A stretch of DNA of 64,000 bases, taken from positions 124,001-188,000 of the forward strand of contig NW_026924102.1 in assembly GCF_032062105.1 (NCBI RefSeq). Direction: 5' to 3'. This document shows, piece after piece, positions 31,457-45,118 of the stretch (position 1 is its first letter; every line of letters starts with the position of its first letter). The stretch is from Saccostrea cucullata (lineage: Eukaryota). The position numbers were made by a program, and so were the translations under genes. Below the pieces are notes generated by a model. The model did no database searches. It worked only from the letters and a program-made list of their open reading frames with translations, and was not told where the DNA came from.

Positions 31457-32127
31457 TAATCCTCAAAAAAATAAATTACTTTTTAAATCCTGGAGTGTTT
31501 GGTCTTCCTCCTCGAGCGTCAATGTGTCGGTAAATTGTTTTGTTAGAGCTCCATGCAGAGGAAATTACTCTTGGTTGATATATGATTGGGTTAAAAAAAA
31601 TTTCACTGTCATCCAAATATATCACTGCCATCCAAGTCAAACTGCTCGTTTCAAACCGTGACGTTGTAACATTTGGTGTTTCAGTCCTTGTAGCAGGTAA
31701 CTTTTCCATAAATTTGTATCCATTACACATAAGCTACGTGCTCGAATGGAACCAAAGGAGAATGTAGGCTTGGGCGTCCCTGGACAACTTGGCGAAATAT
31801 TTGTTAAAATTCCCATTTTTATCTGGGGTTATTGTTAATAATTTAAATAAAATTGTGATGTAACTTAGAACAGTTTTATATTTAGGACGACTCAATGATG
31901 GTACGACTTATTGAAACCAAACAGACCCGGAATAAACAGTTAGGTACATGAGGTCACCGTCACAAGCAGACTTCAGCTTCACTGATTTTAGGGAAATGAC
32001 AATTCTCTGTCCACATTGACAAAGAGCTATGGTAATATTTTAAGAGATGGTTATATCTAGTCAAATTATAGGACAGAGACACCAATGGAATCACAGTGAT
32101 TTTGTCACATTCATTGACATGATAATC

Positions 32128-32295
32128 CACATGCAGGCGTCTGAATTTCTATCAATAAGCCGTTGTATGTTTGATCAGAGTGATATATAAACCCCCTCTA
32201 AATATAAATACACGTGTATTTATATTTAGAGGGGGTTTGTATATCACTCTGATCAAACATATAACGGCTTATTGATAGAAATTCAGACGCCTGTG
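32128..32295. mobile_element. Spacerless palindromic MITE, 7-bp TSD GATAATC (P-element-like)
   Basis: Palindrome centred on CACGTG at about 32213; TSD at 32121-32127 and 32296-32302. Confidence 0.85.
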
Positions 32296-32537
32296 GATAA
32301 TCATTGCCCTACATGCAGGTATGGTACAAACCGTACAATCACTACATTTAGCTACGTAGCTTGATTTACCTTTATACTTGGCTTTATTTTCCTACCTGAT
32401 TTTGTCACATTGACAGGATAATCATTGGTCTACATGAACAGCGATGTACAAGTGTACAAGTATGTCTATTAGTTTTTAAAACTTATTTTCCAAATTTTTC
32501 TGTGCTCAAATTGAGAAGAAAAATTGTATTTATTTAT

Positions 32538-32870
32538 AGACCCTTTTCCTATGACCTATTTTGTCTAGGAGTTATTCCCCTTAGCCGCCATATTGTAGGG
32601 CAATGTATCCAGATCCCTTCATTATTCAACCATGTTAAATTTGTTATACTGGTTAATGAGGTAAAGATAACACCATTTTTCTTATGAATATACGTTTGTC
32701 AGAGCTGCTATTAATTCATAATTTTAAAATTGTAAATATTTTCCCACATATATTTCTTGCATGCATATTTAAAATTGGTTGCTCAAAGAGGTAAATTCAC
32801 TACTTTGCCCTACAAGATGGCGGCTAAGGGGAATAACTCCTAGGCAAAATATGTCATAGGAAAAGGGTCT
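32538..32870. mobile_element. MITE with TIRs of about 52 bp
   Basis: AGACCCTTTTCCTATGAC...CCCCTTAGCCGCCAT and its reverse complement. Confidence 0.8.
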
Positions 32871-33019
32871 TGTTTTGGCATGTTTGGGGAAGACAAATAT
32901 TTTTTTATAAAAAAAATAATAAAATTGAATAGTTCACAGTGTTGTCAGTCTGATTATATGTCTAGGAAAAATTCCATCGCTTGATGCAGTAAATTCTAAA
33001 TATTTTGGGATCATAGATT

Positions 33020-33357
33020 TTGTAGGTCACCTTTTCATCCGTCGTCGTCCGTCATGCGTTAACATTTGAACATTTTCAGCTTCTTCTCTGCAACCACTGA
33101 ACCAATATCAACCAAATATGGCACAAAGCATCTATGGGTGAATTTCAGGATCTCTGCCCCCGTGGCCTGAGGGGTGGGGCCAAAACCACTAAAAGTAATG
33201 CAATCTTTAAAAATCTTCTTCTTTACTCCTGGACATCAAGCAGTCAAACTGTTTGCATGATTGTAATCAACATTGAGTCCTCTACTAAAATTGTGAAATT
33301 CATGGCCCTGGGGTCAGGGGTTCTAGTGGTAGGGCAGGGGTAAATTAGTATATAGTG

Positions 33358-33391
<34 letters not shown>

Positions 33392-35157
33392 GCTCATGGG
33401 TATTAAATAAACCAACTAAGTACATAGTTATGATGTGCAAGAGTGTCTCTACCAAAATTGTGAATTTTATGGCCCCAGGGTCAGGGGTTCTGGTGTTAGG
33501 GCAGGGCTCTATAGATTATATAGTGAAAATACATGAATTCTTTGAAAATCTTATTCTCTGCTCCTAGGTATTAAATAAACTAACTAAGTGCATAGTTATG
33601 ATGTGCAAATGTGCTTTTACCAAAATTGTGAATTTTATGGCCCCAGGGTCAGGGGTTCTGGTGTTAGGGTGGGGCTCTATTGATTATATAGTGAAAATAC
33701 ATGAATTCTTTGAAAGTCTTCTTCTCTGCTTCTGGGGACTAAATAAACTAACTAAGTGTATAGTTATGATGAGCTAGAGTGCCTCTACCAAAATTGTGTA
33801 TCATATGGCCCCAGGATCAGGGGTTTTGGTGTTAGGGCGGGGCTTTATAGATTATATACTGAAAATACATGAATTCTTTGAAAATCTTATTCTCTGCTCC
33901 TAGGTATTAAATAAACTAAGTACATAGTTATGATGAGCAAGACTGCTTTTACCAAAATTGTGAATTTTATGGCCCCAGGGTCAGGGGTTCTGGTGTTAGG
34001 ACAGGGCTCTTTTGATTATATATTGAAGATACATGAATTCCTTGAAAAATTTCTTCTCTGCTCCTAGATATTAAATAAACTAACTAAGTGCATAGTTATG
34101 ATGAGCAAGAGTGCTTTTACCAAAATTGTGAATTTTATGGCCCTAGGGTCAGGGGTTCTGGTGTTAGGGTGGGGCTCTATTGATTATAAAGTGATAATAC
34201 ATTAAATCTTTGAAAATCTTCTTTCTGTCTCTGGGTATGAAGCAGATGAACTACCATATAGTTATGATGAGCAAGGGCCCTTATCTTGCAGAATTGTGAA
34301 TTTCAAGGCTTCAGGGTCAGGGGTACCATAGAGGGGGGGGGGTTGTACTTATATACTGAAAATGAATGTCAGAATTGTTTGAAATCTTCTCCTTGATATT
34401 AATCAAATATTTTTGAAAGCAAATATGCCTTTTCAAAAATTATGCAGTGTGTGGATCTAGGCCTAAGGGTCAGGGGTTCATGTGTGGTAAGGGCACTACT
34501 GATTATTGCTGAATATTACTGATTAGTTAAAATGCATTTTTTGTTCCCCTACCCTGCCTATGGGTATTAAGTAACCAAGCTAAGCAACTGCTAAGTGTAT
34601 TGTTATGATGATCCATGGTGCTTCTTTTAAAATTGTGAATGCTATAGCATCTGGCTTAAAACATGAATCAAATAGGGATGTGCGATTTTATCGGTATACC
34701 GGTATATCGCGATTTTTTGTTGAGTGATACGTATCGTGATATGGAGACCTAAATACTGATATTTAGGTACATATTTTAAAGTCCTGAAATTATTCATTTA
34801 TTTGTTCAGTCTTTCAAATTACAATTATAGAAAGTCTAAAAATGTTGTAAAAGGTGAAAAGAACAGCATCTTACCATCCAAACATGATTAATTTAATGTA
34901 CATAAAAATTTCAAAAAAAGTGAAATTTTGATTTTCTAGCATATATTTAAGAAAAATAATGACAATTCATTAAAAATCATTGTAAAAATTGATTGTAAAA
35001 ATATCATGATATTATCGTGATATTTTGGGAAAAAGAAATCGTGATATATCGCGATACGAAATTTTTGGCGATACCCATCCCTAGAATCAAATTCAATAAC
35101 TGGAAAGTTGTTGCATAATGCTCAGGTGACCTAAAAGGCCCATTGGCCTCTTGTTTT
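33020..35157 (+). mobile_element. HINE/Helentron-type element with internal satellite of about 180 bp
   Basis: 5' AGGTCACCT, (CGT)n, repeats GGCCCCAGGGTCAGGGGTTCTGGTGTTAGG, 3' AGGTGACCT plus palindrome and TTTT. Confidence 0.8.
34673..35083. mobile_element. hAT-type MITE, 8-bp TSD GAATCAAA
   Basis: TAGGGATG...CATCCCTA flanked by GAATCAAA. Confidence 0.85.
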
Positions 35158-35340
35158 ATTGAAAGGAAGTTTATGACTTTGCTGTCTCTGAAAACAAACT
35201 ACATAATTTCTGGATTCATGAATATTCAATTTATAAGAATTTTAAGATATTTATCAAAGTAAGTTTCATTCTAAACTTTCTTCATTTTTAATTTATACAT
35301 GAATTTGTTTTATTTTCAGAGGCAGAAGATTAATTCATCG

Positions 35341-36943
35341 ATGCTTTTGTTTGGGCCAGTATTTAGACGAAGTTGCTTGGGCTCAGTTATTTGTCTGTTT
35401 TCACTACATTCCTCCCAAACAATACTTCTGAATTATTACAAAGAATTACTGGCTCTAAAGGATAATGGAAAACCTGCACCACTCAAACAAGCTTTACAGA
35501 ATTGTATCAGAGAGGTTTGTAGGCTTGGTTTGAATGGTTTCATTGTTATATTGCTCAGAAATACAGTGTACATGGATGAAAACATCACACATTGGACCCT
35601 CAAACATCCTGCTACTTGAAGCAATGATCAGTGACTTAGCATCATGTTCCAAATGAAATTAATTTCGAATTAGTTTCATAATGAAATTCAACTTACCTGA
35701 AAAACACCTGACAAGCAAAATATTGTCCAAACTCAAATTTGTAGGGAGGGTAGGATAAGTTTCAACTTATTTTAGTAGCATTATTTTACTCAAACACTGT
35801 ATTACCCTTGTTCAATTATATTATACTGCAACAAAAAGTGTGGGGGGGGGGGGGTGCCAGCCCATTTTTCAGTGAATATTTTCTATAGTAAAAACATATA
35901 CTGGTATCTGAAAAAGTGGTTATAAAAGAAATTCTTTTGCATTGAAATTTTTAGTGCTGAAATGAACAAAACATTTGTTTCAATAAAAAAATATCCATTG
36001 TGTCTGTTTTTAATTCTCTCATTAAAAAATTAAATGCACAAATCTAAAATTGCTTTTATTATTAAATATTGTATATCTTCTCAATTTTTAATTGATTTTT
36101 TTTTCTGTATGCATATTTCTACTGGTATCAATATATGTATCATCCTCACACAGAATTGATATCAAAATATTGTCCCAGCTATAATTTATAAATTATAATT
36201 AAAGTAATTAATATTAAAATTATGTTTGTCTTTTGAAGGTTTTTAAAGATTTAATGAAGAAAAAGAGACTAACAGAGCAGCAATTGAAGAAAATTGATAT
36301 CATCATCAGCAAGGACAATACTGAGCCATTTCACAAAGGAAATCTCTACTCTGTCTATGGATCTTTTATTGGACTTCCATCCTCTTTCTCAAGTTTAGAT
36401 TCAGAAACATCTCAACATTCTAATGCAGAAATCCCAGATGGAGTTTCAAATAGAAAAGTTTTACCCAATAATCTAGTTCAGTGGGACAAATGTGCAGTAA
36501 GATACGCTATTATGAAAGAATGCATTCTGACAGATTCCCTTGATCTTCAAGTACGCACAGCTTTGCAGGGGGTTTTCTGCTTTTTCTATTCGTTAATCCT
36601 ACAGTGGAATACCTACAGATTTCGCAGAGTCCCTCATAGAATTATGTACTCAATAGTTTGGTCTGCACTGATCGGAATTGTGTTGTTACAACAGTGGAAT
36701 TTTTACAAGATTTACAGAGACCAACAGGCGGACAATGACATTATTACGTTTGGTGAGGATTATGTCCGAGGTGGACTTCTGTATTATTCAAATGTCTTAC
36801 AGCAGAACAAGTTATCGGGGAGTGGATGGTATGATGAAAATGGAAACCAGAGACAATCTCTTCTCGGTAATAAACAAATTCCTTACACAGAGAAGAAGGA
36901 GTTCTTTATGAAAAAGATGAAAGAAATGAAAAACTGCACTTGA
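35341..36943 (+). CDS. TMEM177: Transmembrane protein 177-like, paralog 1. Coding exons 35341-35514 and 36239-36943; the exon opens in frame at 35320
   Basis: Phase-0 GT-AG intron; GKPAPL...EVFKDL, PFHKG...IGLPSSF, YAIMKE, YVRGGLLYY, GN......KQIPYT match the TMEM177 family pattern. Confidence 0.8.
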
Positions 36944-37084
36944 ATGTATTTAAAGAATTAGAAAATTATAAAAAATAAATTTTTAAATGATCTTGATGTT
37001 GTGCATTGTGATGGACAGGTTATTAAAGTGATACATAACAAAGTAAACCATGTCTATAATAAACCTTAAATTGACCCCCCCCCC

Positions 37085-37085
<1 letters not shown>

Positions 37086-37142
<57 letters not shown>

Positions 37143-37207
37143 CTTGTCTGTCGTTGTCGTTGTTGTCGTCGTTGTCATAAACTTTTCACATTTTCATCTT
37201 CTTCTCA

Positions 37208-37246
<39 letters not shown>

Positions 37247-38545
37247 TATCCTTGGGTGAAGGGGAATCAAATTTGTTCAAATGAAGGGCCACGCCCCCTT
37301 CCAAGGGGAGATAATTATGAATTTGTGAAAAATTTATGGCATTTTTAAAAAAATCTTCTTCTCAAGAACCGCTGGGCCAGGAAAGATGAAACTCATGTGG
37401 AAGCATCCTCAGGTAGTGTAGATTCAAGTTTGTTCAAATCATGACCCCCGGGGCAAGGGTGGGGCCAAAATGGCCGACCCAAGTTTTACATAGGAATATA
37501 TAGGAAAAATCTTTAAAAATCTTCTTCTCCAGTACCACTTGGCCAGGAAAGATGAAACTCGTGGAATCATCCTCAGGTAGTGTGGATTCAAGTTTGTTCA
37601 AATCATGACCCCCCGGGGCAGGGGTCGGGCCAAAATGGCCGACCCAAGTTTTACATAGGAATATATAGGAAAAATCTTTAAAAATCTTCTTCTCCAGTAC
37701 CACTTGGTCAGGAAAGATGAAACTCATGTGGAATCATCCTCAGGTAGTGTGGATCCAAGTTTGTTCAAATCATGACCCCCCGGGGCAAAGGTGGGGCCAA
37801 AATGGCCGACCCAAGTTTTACATAGGAATATATAGGAAAAAATCTTTAAAAATCTTCTTCTCCAGAACCACTGGACCAGGAAAGATGAAACTCATGTGGA
37901 ATCATCCTCAGGTAGTGTAGATTCAAGTTTGTTCAAATCATGACCCCCGGGGCAAAGGTGGGGCCAAAATGGCCGACCCAAGTTTTACATAGGAATATAT
38001 AGGAAAAAATCTTTAAAAATCTTCTTCTCCAGAACCACTGGACCAGGAAAGATGAAACTCATGTGGAATCATCCTCAGGTAGTGTAGATTCAAGTTTGTT
38101 CAAATCATGACCCCCGGGGCAAGGGTGGGGCCCCGGGGCTAGAGTGGGGCCAAAATGGCCGACCCAAGTTTTACATAGGAATATATAGGAAAAATCTTTA
38201 AAAATCTTCTTCTCAAGAACCACTGGGCCAGGAAAGATGAAACTCATGTGGAATCATCCTCAGGTAGTGTAGATTCAAGTTTGTTCAAATCATGACCCCC
38301 GGGGCAAGGGTGGGGCCAAAATGGCCGACCCAAGTTTTACATAGGGATATATAGGGAAACCTTTTAAAATCTTCTTTTCAAGTACTTCAAAGCTATGATT
38401 TGTGACATTTATATGGAATCATCCTCAGGTAGTGTAGATTCTAGTTTGTTCAAATGATGAACACCTGGAGGGGGGGGGGGGGGGTGGAGTAAATTCAAGC
38501 CTGATGTGCTCAGGTGAGCGCTGTGGCCCCTGGGCCTCTTGTTTT
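37086..38545 (+). mobile_element. HINE/Helentron-type element carrying about 6-7 monomers of the ~166-bp oyster (Cg170-like) satellite
   Basis: TTTTAGCTCACCTGAGCCGAAGGCTCAAGTGAGC, (GTC/GTT)n, 166-bp repeats, CAGGTGAGCG..GGCCCCTGGGCCTCTTGTTT. Confidence 0.88.
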
Positions 38546-40365
38546 TTGCAGGTTCACAGATTTATATGGTTAGAAATGCAACTACATTGTGGGTCAATGT
38601 GTTGTTACAAACATAATCCATTTATCATGTTATCATTGATATGACCAGACCTGCAATTGGTGGTAATTAAAATCTCCCAACTTACTCAATATTCAAGAGA
38701 GTAAAATGAGTACAATCACACAGATTTCAAACCATGGCAGGCTACTGATGAACAAGTTAACATTACAGGGACTTCAAAACCAGGTGCTAGGATTTTTTTT
38801 ATGCCCCTGAAATCTAAGATTTGAGGGTATGTATTATAGTAGTTTTTGTCCTGCCAATCTCGGTACTGTCTTTTTGTTTGTCCACAAAAACTTTAACCTT
38901 GCCTATAACTTTTGATGGGTGCTATGGCTTTTATATTGCACATGTGTATTCCTGAGGTAAGACCTTTATTTGGGTACCAACATATTTGACCTCTTGACCT
39001 TGGAGTTTGATCTAACTTATTACTTTAACCTTGGTCATATCTTTTGAACAATTGGTTCTTGGGCTTATTCCTTGTGACAAGACCTGGACTTTGACATAAT
39101 CTTTGCCAAAACATCGGAACATTTAGTTTTACCATGGTTACAGTTGTCATTTATGCTTATTTTGTATGTGTATTTTTTATGGTCTTCTCCTGCATATCAT
39201 TTTTAAGAAAGTTACTGTAAAATATATCAATGCGACTTTTTTTCTTTATCATCAAGACTCTTCTAATTCAAGCACACCTTTAATTTTTTTTCTAGCTTAT
39301 AAAAATTTGTAAAATAATTCAGAAAATTAATTGTGACAGTCACAAAGCTAGGCGCCACATATATAAAAGCACACGTGTTGGGAGGGGCAATTAAGTAAAT
39401 GAGCGCCCCAAATAGTTATCATGTGCGCGCCAAATAACAGAATAAAGCTTTCGAGCATCCGACTGTGTGGTAGTACGACCTAACCATTCAGTGCAAAATG
39501 CCGGTGTTTGATCCCGACCACAACGACAAGGTTGCTTGTGTAATCTTTTAAATGGTGGTTCATTTAAGTTAATAGAGAGCCTGATAACTCTTGAAACATG
39601 AGTCGGGTGAGTATCTTATCAGAACAAAAAAATTTCACTGTGAAAGTTCACCAATGCGTGGTTATCACATGGATAGATCGAATTTACTCGGTGAACTTTT
39701 CTATCACGTTTACTTTAGATTTTGATTAATTAGAATGAACTTTGCATATGTTGATGACTATAGGATAGAGTACTATTCTACATTATTTTGAAAGAGGTAA
39801 TTTAAGTACATGCACCAATTATCTTTTTTTTTGGGGGGGGGGGGGTGGGGGGGTCAGTAGGAAAAGTATCCTAACATTCAATAACATGCCTAATATTCAA
39901 TTCAATTCAATTTCTTTATTGATTCACCAAACATGTTGGCATACAACCATGTTACATACAAAAGACAAATAATAAAATACATACATACATGCAAGTGTAT
40001 GGATCAGTGAAGTCAACTATGCAGTGGATAACAGGATTACAACTTGAAGATTAAACATAATCATTATGCAAGCAGTATAGCATGGACAGTGATGAACTAA
40101 TAAATGCATTAATAGATATATTATAATTGTGCTTTATTTTTGGAACACAATATAATCACTTTATTTGGATACTTTCCATACTGACCCACCCCCAAAAAAG
40201 AAGCTTCCAAGAAAGATCAGCAATGGCATGAAGCTTTTACCTTTATTAAAATATAGTTGTGATAAAGACTATTAAAGCCGTTTACAAATCCATTTAGAAA
40301 TTTCTCTATGTTTATGAATGCAGACCTTACAGTTATGTTGCTTTGGTGGTGGTCAGATAATGGTG

Positions 40366-40930
40366 TAGCTGCAGAACTGTAGCTCTTTGGGGAAAAATTT
40401 ATTGACAGACCTGAGAGCTTCAGTGCCACCCATTGAAAAAACTGTATATTTATTGCGCACAAAAAAGTGCACTCCGTTCTGGATTAATTCTTCCAAATTC
40501 TTACCTCAATTGCAAAAATCTAGATTTCAAAAAAATCCCTTACTCCTTTATTAAGCGTTGAAGTGCGTATGAAATGCGTTTGACCAAATTATATCTTGCA
40601 AACCAAAATGGCAGTATAAATAGGTGAAATTTTTCAATGATCTCAATTTCAGGGCCAGGATGGCTATGAACAACAATTATAAGGAATGTTTAACAGTTTT
40701 ATTGTGGAAACGGAATGTGACAAAATTTGTTAAGAACACACAGTTAGTAATATTATTTAGTAATATTTTTAGATGACAGTTTTAATAATAAAAATGGAGA
40801 AATAAATCAGGATACACTCTGAAAAAGCACTTTTTTTGTGCCATAAATATACAGTTTCTTCAATGGATGGCACTGTAGCTCTCCGGTCTGTCAATATTTT
40901 TTTTCAGAGAGCTAAACAGTTCTGCAGCTT
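40366..40930. mobile_element. Degenerate MITE with inverted repeats of about 100 bp
   Basis: AGCTGCAGAACTGT...GTGCCACCCATTGAAAAAACTGTATATTTAT..GCACAAAAAAGTGC mirrored at 40826-40929. Confidence 0.65.
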
Positions 40931-41088
40931 CTGTAAAGATAGTGGTAAAAAGACAAACCAAAGGAAAATGTTTTACTACATTTTTAAGGGATAAAACATG
41001 TAGCCATGTCTCAGCTATATTTGAATTAATTTAACTACTGTTTATGTTTTCCTCTTACTGATTTTTTTTTTGGCTGGATTTTTTTCAG

Positions 41089-43287
41089 TTCCGTAAATTT
41101 GTGTTGGAATGGAACAGAGTGATACTAGCTTCTGCCCTGACAGCTGGGTCACTGGCTGAGCTCTTTGGTTTTTGTGCCCCAGAAACCTTGTTTTTAAAGG
41201 AATACAAGTACCTGCTGACATTAAAAGAGATGGAGGAACCATATCCTCTGACCCCAAAACTGGAGGAGGCCAAGAATGAGGTGAGAACAAAGCAAGGGTA
41301 ACTGTTGTAAAGGTGAAAAAGATAGGTAGAGCAATGAGTCTGTCACAGGTGGTGAAAAAGTCTCAACTGGGACTCGAACCCAGGGCCTTTGGTAAGGGTG
41401 AAACGATACGCCTCCTTCACGGTTGGATACGTATCGAAAAATTTGGTCTCGGTTCGGTTATTTTCGATACGATACATTTTGATAGAAGGAAACAGATTCA
41501 ATGTTGTTTTATGCTACCTTTTACTTAATCTAGTGAAATAATTTATGTGCAAAATGGATAGAATGTATCAATTTAATTGATTTGACTGTTAAAAATTATT
41601 TTACAAACTTCAAGTCCACACAAACTTACGTTTCTGAACTAATTATACAGAAAAGCATGTGTATACGTATACCTTATGCCAAACCCGACTGAATGACGAT
41701 CCCGACCGTAAAACGAACCGAACCGAAAGCAGAGATTTTGTACCGTGTATCGAACCGAGAAAAAATACCGCGGTGAACCGTTTCACTCCTAGCCTTTGGC
41801 ATACCATGCCAGGCTCTAACCACAGAGCTATTGAGATCCAATTATTGAGTGACTCTTACACACCTGTAAAGCAGGTGACACTATTTTAGCTACTATTTAG
41901 TAGTAACTTGACAATCATATAAAACACATTTCCTTGCATATAATAATGATTGACAACAAATGTGAGGAACTTTAGGGTTAGGATTGAGAGAGCAGACTGC
42001 CTGTGCTAGATTTTAAAAATTCTGGCTTGTTAATCGTTGATTACTGACTGGCAGACTTAATTTAGAAGTATACACATTGCAGTTGTTAAAAGATAGCATG
42101 GATATATACAAATATCTTCAATAGTACAAGTATGGAGATCTAATGTATTAAAGTTTACCCATAGGGTTGAAGGACTGTTTCTAGCAGTTGAGAATAAGTG
42201 AAACATTTACCTGCATGGTAAATTGGAACTCATTTGTATCCCACACTTGACTCTATTATAAAAGTGCCCCCTGATAGTTGCAGGAGTTTATATTAAATGT
42301 GAAACAGAAAAGAAAAAAAAAGTCCAAACCAGGATTTGAAGTCCATATTCCATATCTTTAATAAGTAATTTAGCTTTGATATCTAAATCTTAGCATATCT
42401 TGAGGTATCTTCTTGGTCTTAACAAATGTTTGAGACCATAAGATTTGAAAGTATTTCCTTTGATTCTCAGAATTGAGAAGCAATTTAAGTAACATATTTA
42501 AATTTTATAATCACTCATTGAAAAATTTGTCTTGCAGGTATTTCAAGATTTGATCAGAAAAGGAAGACTGTCACAACAACAGTTAGAGAAGATGGACATC
42601 ATTCTAAATGGTGACATGAATGATCCGTTTCACAAGGGAAACCTGAACTCTCGATTTGGAACCTTCATAGCTCTTCCAATTACATTCACATATAATCATC
42701 CGGAGGAAGTTCCCATGGACAATTTTATGATTGGACAAACCCTCCCGATTGAAGACGGGACACAGGAAGGGGCGGTCCTCAAAAAATCTATCATTCAGGG
42801 AAAAAACGCGGTCAAATACGCATTACTGCGGGAGTGCTTACTGACCGATAGTTACGACATGCAGATTAAGTATTTACTTTTGGCAGTGTTTTTGGCCATT
42901 TGTTCAGCCCTTGTGTATCTAAGTGTGACGCGTATCAAATCACGATCTCAGTTACTACTAACACTGCTTCCTAGTATTCCCATCAATGGACTGGTTCTGC
43001 TACAATTCTGGTGTTGGTACAAACGCAGGAAAGACTCCAATGTTGACTTAGAAGTGGCAGAGTTTGGTCCAGATTATATCAATGGGGGACTTGAATATTA
43101 CACACAGATTGTTCGTCGAAATAAAGCACTGTATTATATAATGAAAGATAACACAAGAGACCACTTCACTGCCGCTGGGAATGAGAAGGAATATTTTTTC
43201 TGGAATGACCGTATTCCGGTCAAGACCAAAAGGGATTTTTTCATGCAAAGAGTAGAAGAAATGAATGAGGCTGTGAAAAAAAATTAG
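41089..43287 (+). CDS. TMEM177: Transmembrane protein 177-like, paralog 2. Exons 41089-41280 and 42538-43287; start exon upstream, unresolved
   Basis: Same intron position and phase as paralog 1; PYPL...EVFQDL, PFHKG, KYALLRE, YINGGLEYY...NKAL, FTAAGNE, RIPVKTKRD. Confidence 0.85.
41341..41880 (-). mobile_element. Solo tRNA-containing TRIM terminal repeat interrupted by a hAT MITE (41393-41791, TSD GCCTTTGG)
   Basis: Homologous to the repeats at 43579 and 43819 once the TAAGGGTGAAACG...CGTTTCACTCCTA insert is removed. Confidence 0.8.
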
Positions 43288-43578
43288 TAAATTAATATGT
43301 ATACCAATGTTTTCATGAGTATTTATGGCTAAGAATAAAAAAATTAAAGCATTTCTACATATTGTGTCCTTTACAACTAGGGAACCTTTGTCACTTACTA
43401 GGCTCTGACTGTTTGGTTTAAGCACCCTTGTGTAAAGGGTAACAACATTTGTGAATGTCATGGTCTCCAGCACCCTTCCAGAGGTCCATGGAGCCAAAAT
43501 TTACAAAATAAATGCAATATTCAAATATCTTTATATAGATGTATTCTTGGACATTAAGCATTCTTTTTTGTACATGAG

Positions 43579-43957
43579 TGTCACAGGTGGTGAAAATCAA
43601 GTTTCAATCGAGACTTGAACCCAGGGCCTCTGGCGTACCATGCCAGCACTCTAACCACTGAGCTATTGAGACCCGATATATTGACTGACTTTTACACACC
43701 TGTGAACCCGTTGACATATTCCCCCTTTTTGTAGAAATTCGTCCTCGAATTCTATGAGTTGAGGAAATGTGTGAAGAATATTCCAAGGGGACAGTGGGTT
43801 TTTTCGTTGGGCGCCAAATGTCACAGGTGGTGAAAAGTCATGTCTCAATCGGGACTCGAACCCAAGGCCCCTTGCGTACTGTGCCAGCGCTCTAACCACT
43901 GAGCTATTGAGACCCCATATATTGACTGACTTTCATGCACCTGTGAACCCATTGATG
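43579..43957 (-). mobile_element. TRIM (terminal-repeat retrotransposon in miniature) with tRNA-like terminal repeats
   Basis: Direct repeats 43957-43819 and 43716-43579 (TGT..ACA); PBS TGGCGCCCAAC; PPT AAAAAGGGGGAATA; TSD TGAG. Confidence 0.85.
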
Positions 43958-44469
43958 TGAGTATTCAGCCAACAAACTGAGTGCAATGTTATGGCAAGCA
44001 AGGTTGTCTCTTCCAAAATTTTGAATTTCATGGTCCCTGGGTGAAGGGATCTGATGTTAGGCTAAGAATCTATTGATGAAATAGTAAACAAGCTAATTCA
44101 GAGAACTTGTGTCCCCTGCTTAAGGAAAAGAAAAGGAGGATGCTGAAATTGGGGGTGGGGTGTGGGTGGATTTGAACAACCCCCCTTCCCTGAATTTGCA
44201 GAATTATTAAATGCATATACTGAAGGAAATAAAAGATGCCAATATGGACATTAAGATTTGACTGCTTAATCTTTAAAATGTATATGAAGATTCTTTTTTT
44301 ATATAAAATATTGATCACACTGTATTACATGTAATAGTTTGTACATGCCATACGAAACATTTTCATTTCATGCTTAATTACTATCATTTAGTAAATAAAA
44401 ATAATTTTAAAAAATCATCTGGGAATTGGGGTGGTCTTACATCCTAAGCGAGAATCGTACCCATCAAGA

Positions 44470-45118
44470 AACTTTACATTGGGAGGAACTAAATGCAAAC
44501 AGTCGGTCACAATTATACATGTTTACATCACGTTCTACATAGTCAAAATTTTACACAAAACTTAGTGTGTCTAGTTTAGCCTCTGCTAATCTTTTGATCA
44601 CAAAATCAATAGGCATCTTCTTTAGACCATAAGAAGTTGTCTTTTAAAATTTAATTGAAAAAGCTGAAAGGCTTAATTTTCGAGATATCGCGTGGAAACG
44701 AGTGTTTTAAATACATGTACAGACAGACGGACGGACGGACAGACCTAAATTAATATCTCCCACTATCAGCGGGAGACAAAACTCAAAAGCTTCTTGAGAT
44801 AACACCTGGAAATGAGGGGACAAAAACTCAAAAGCTTCTTGAGATAACACCTGGAAATGAAAGCTTTAACACACAGACAGAAAATATGAATTAACGGCTT
44901 TGATCTTTGACCTTTAGACCTCTACATCAAAAGGGGTCTTCCATAGGCAATATTCCATATCGCGCGGAAACGAAAGAAAAATTTTTTTGAATTTATGACC
45001 TTGACCTTTTGACCTCAAAGTCACTAGGAGTCTTCCTAAGGCCATAGGAAGTTGTGTAAAATTTCACTTCAAAAGTTCAAAGGTTCTCGAGATATCGCGC
45101 GGAAACGAAAGTGTTACA
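44470..45118 (-). mobile_element. HINE-type fragments
   Basis: (GACA/GACG)n microsatellite plus terminal hairpin twice; TGACCTT repeats. Confidence 0.55.

Noticed and set aside
43600-43915. tRNA genes
   Set aside because: tRNA-like sequences are embedded in TRIM terminal repeats, differ in the anticodon arm and are bounded by PBS and PPT
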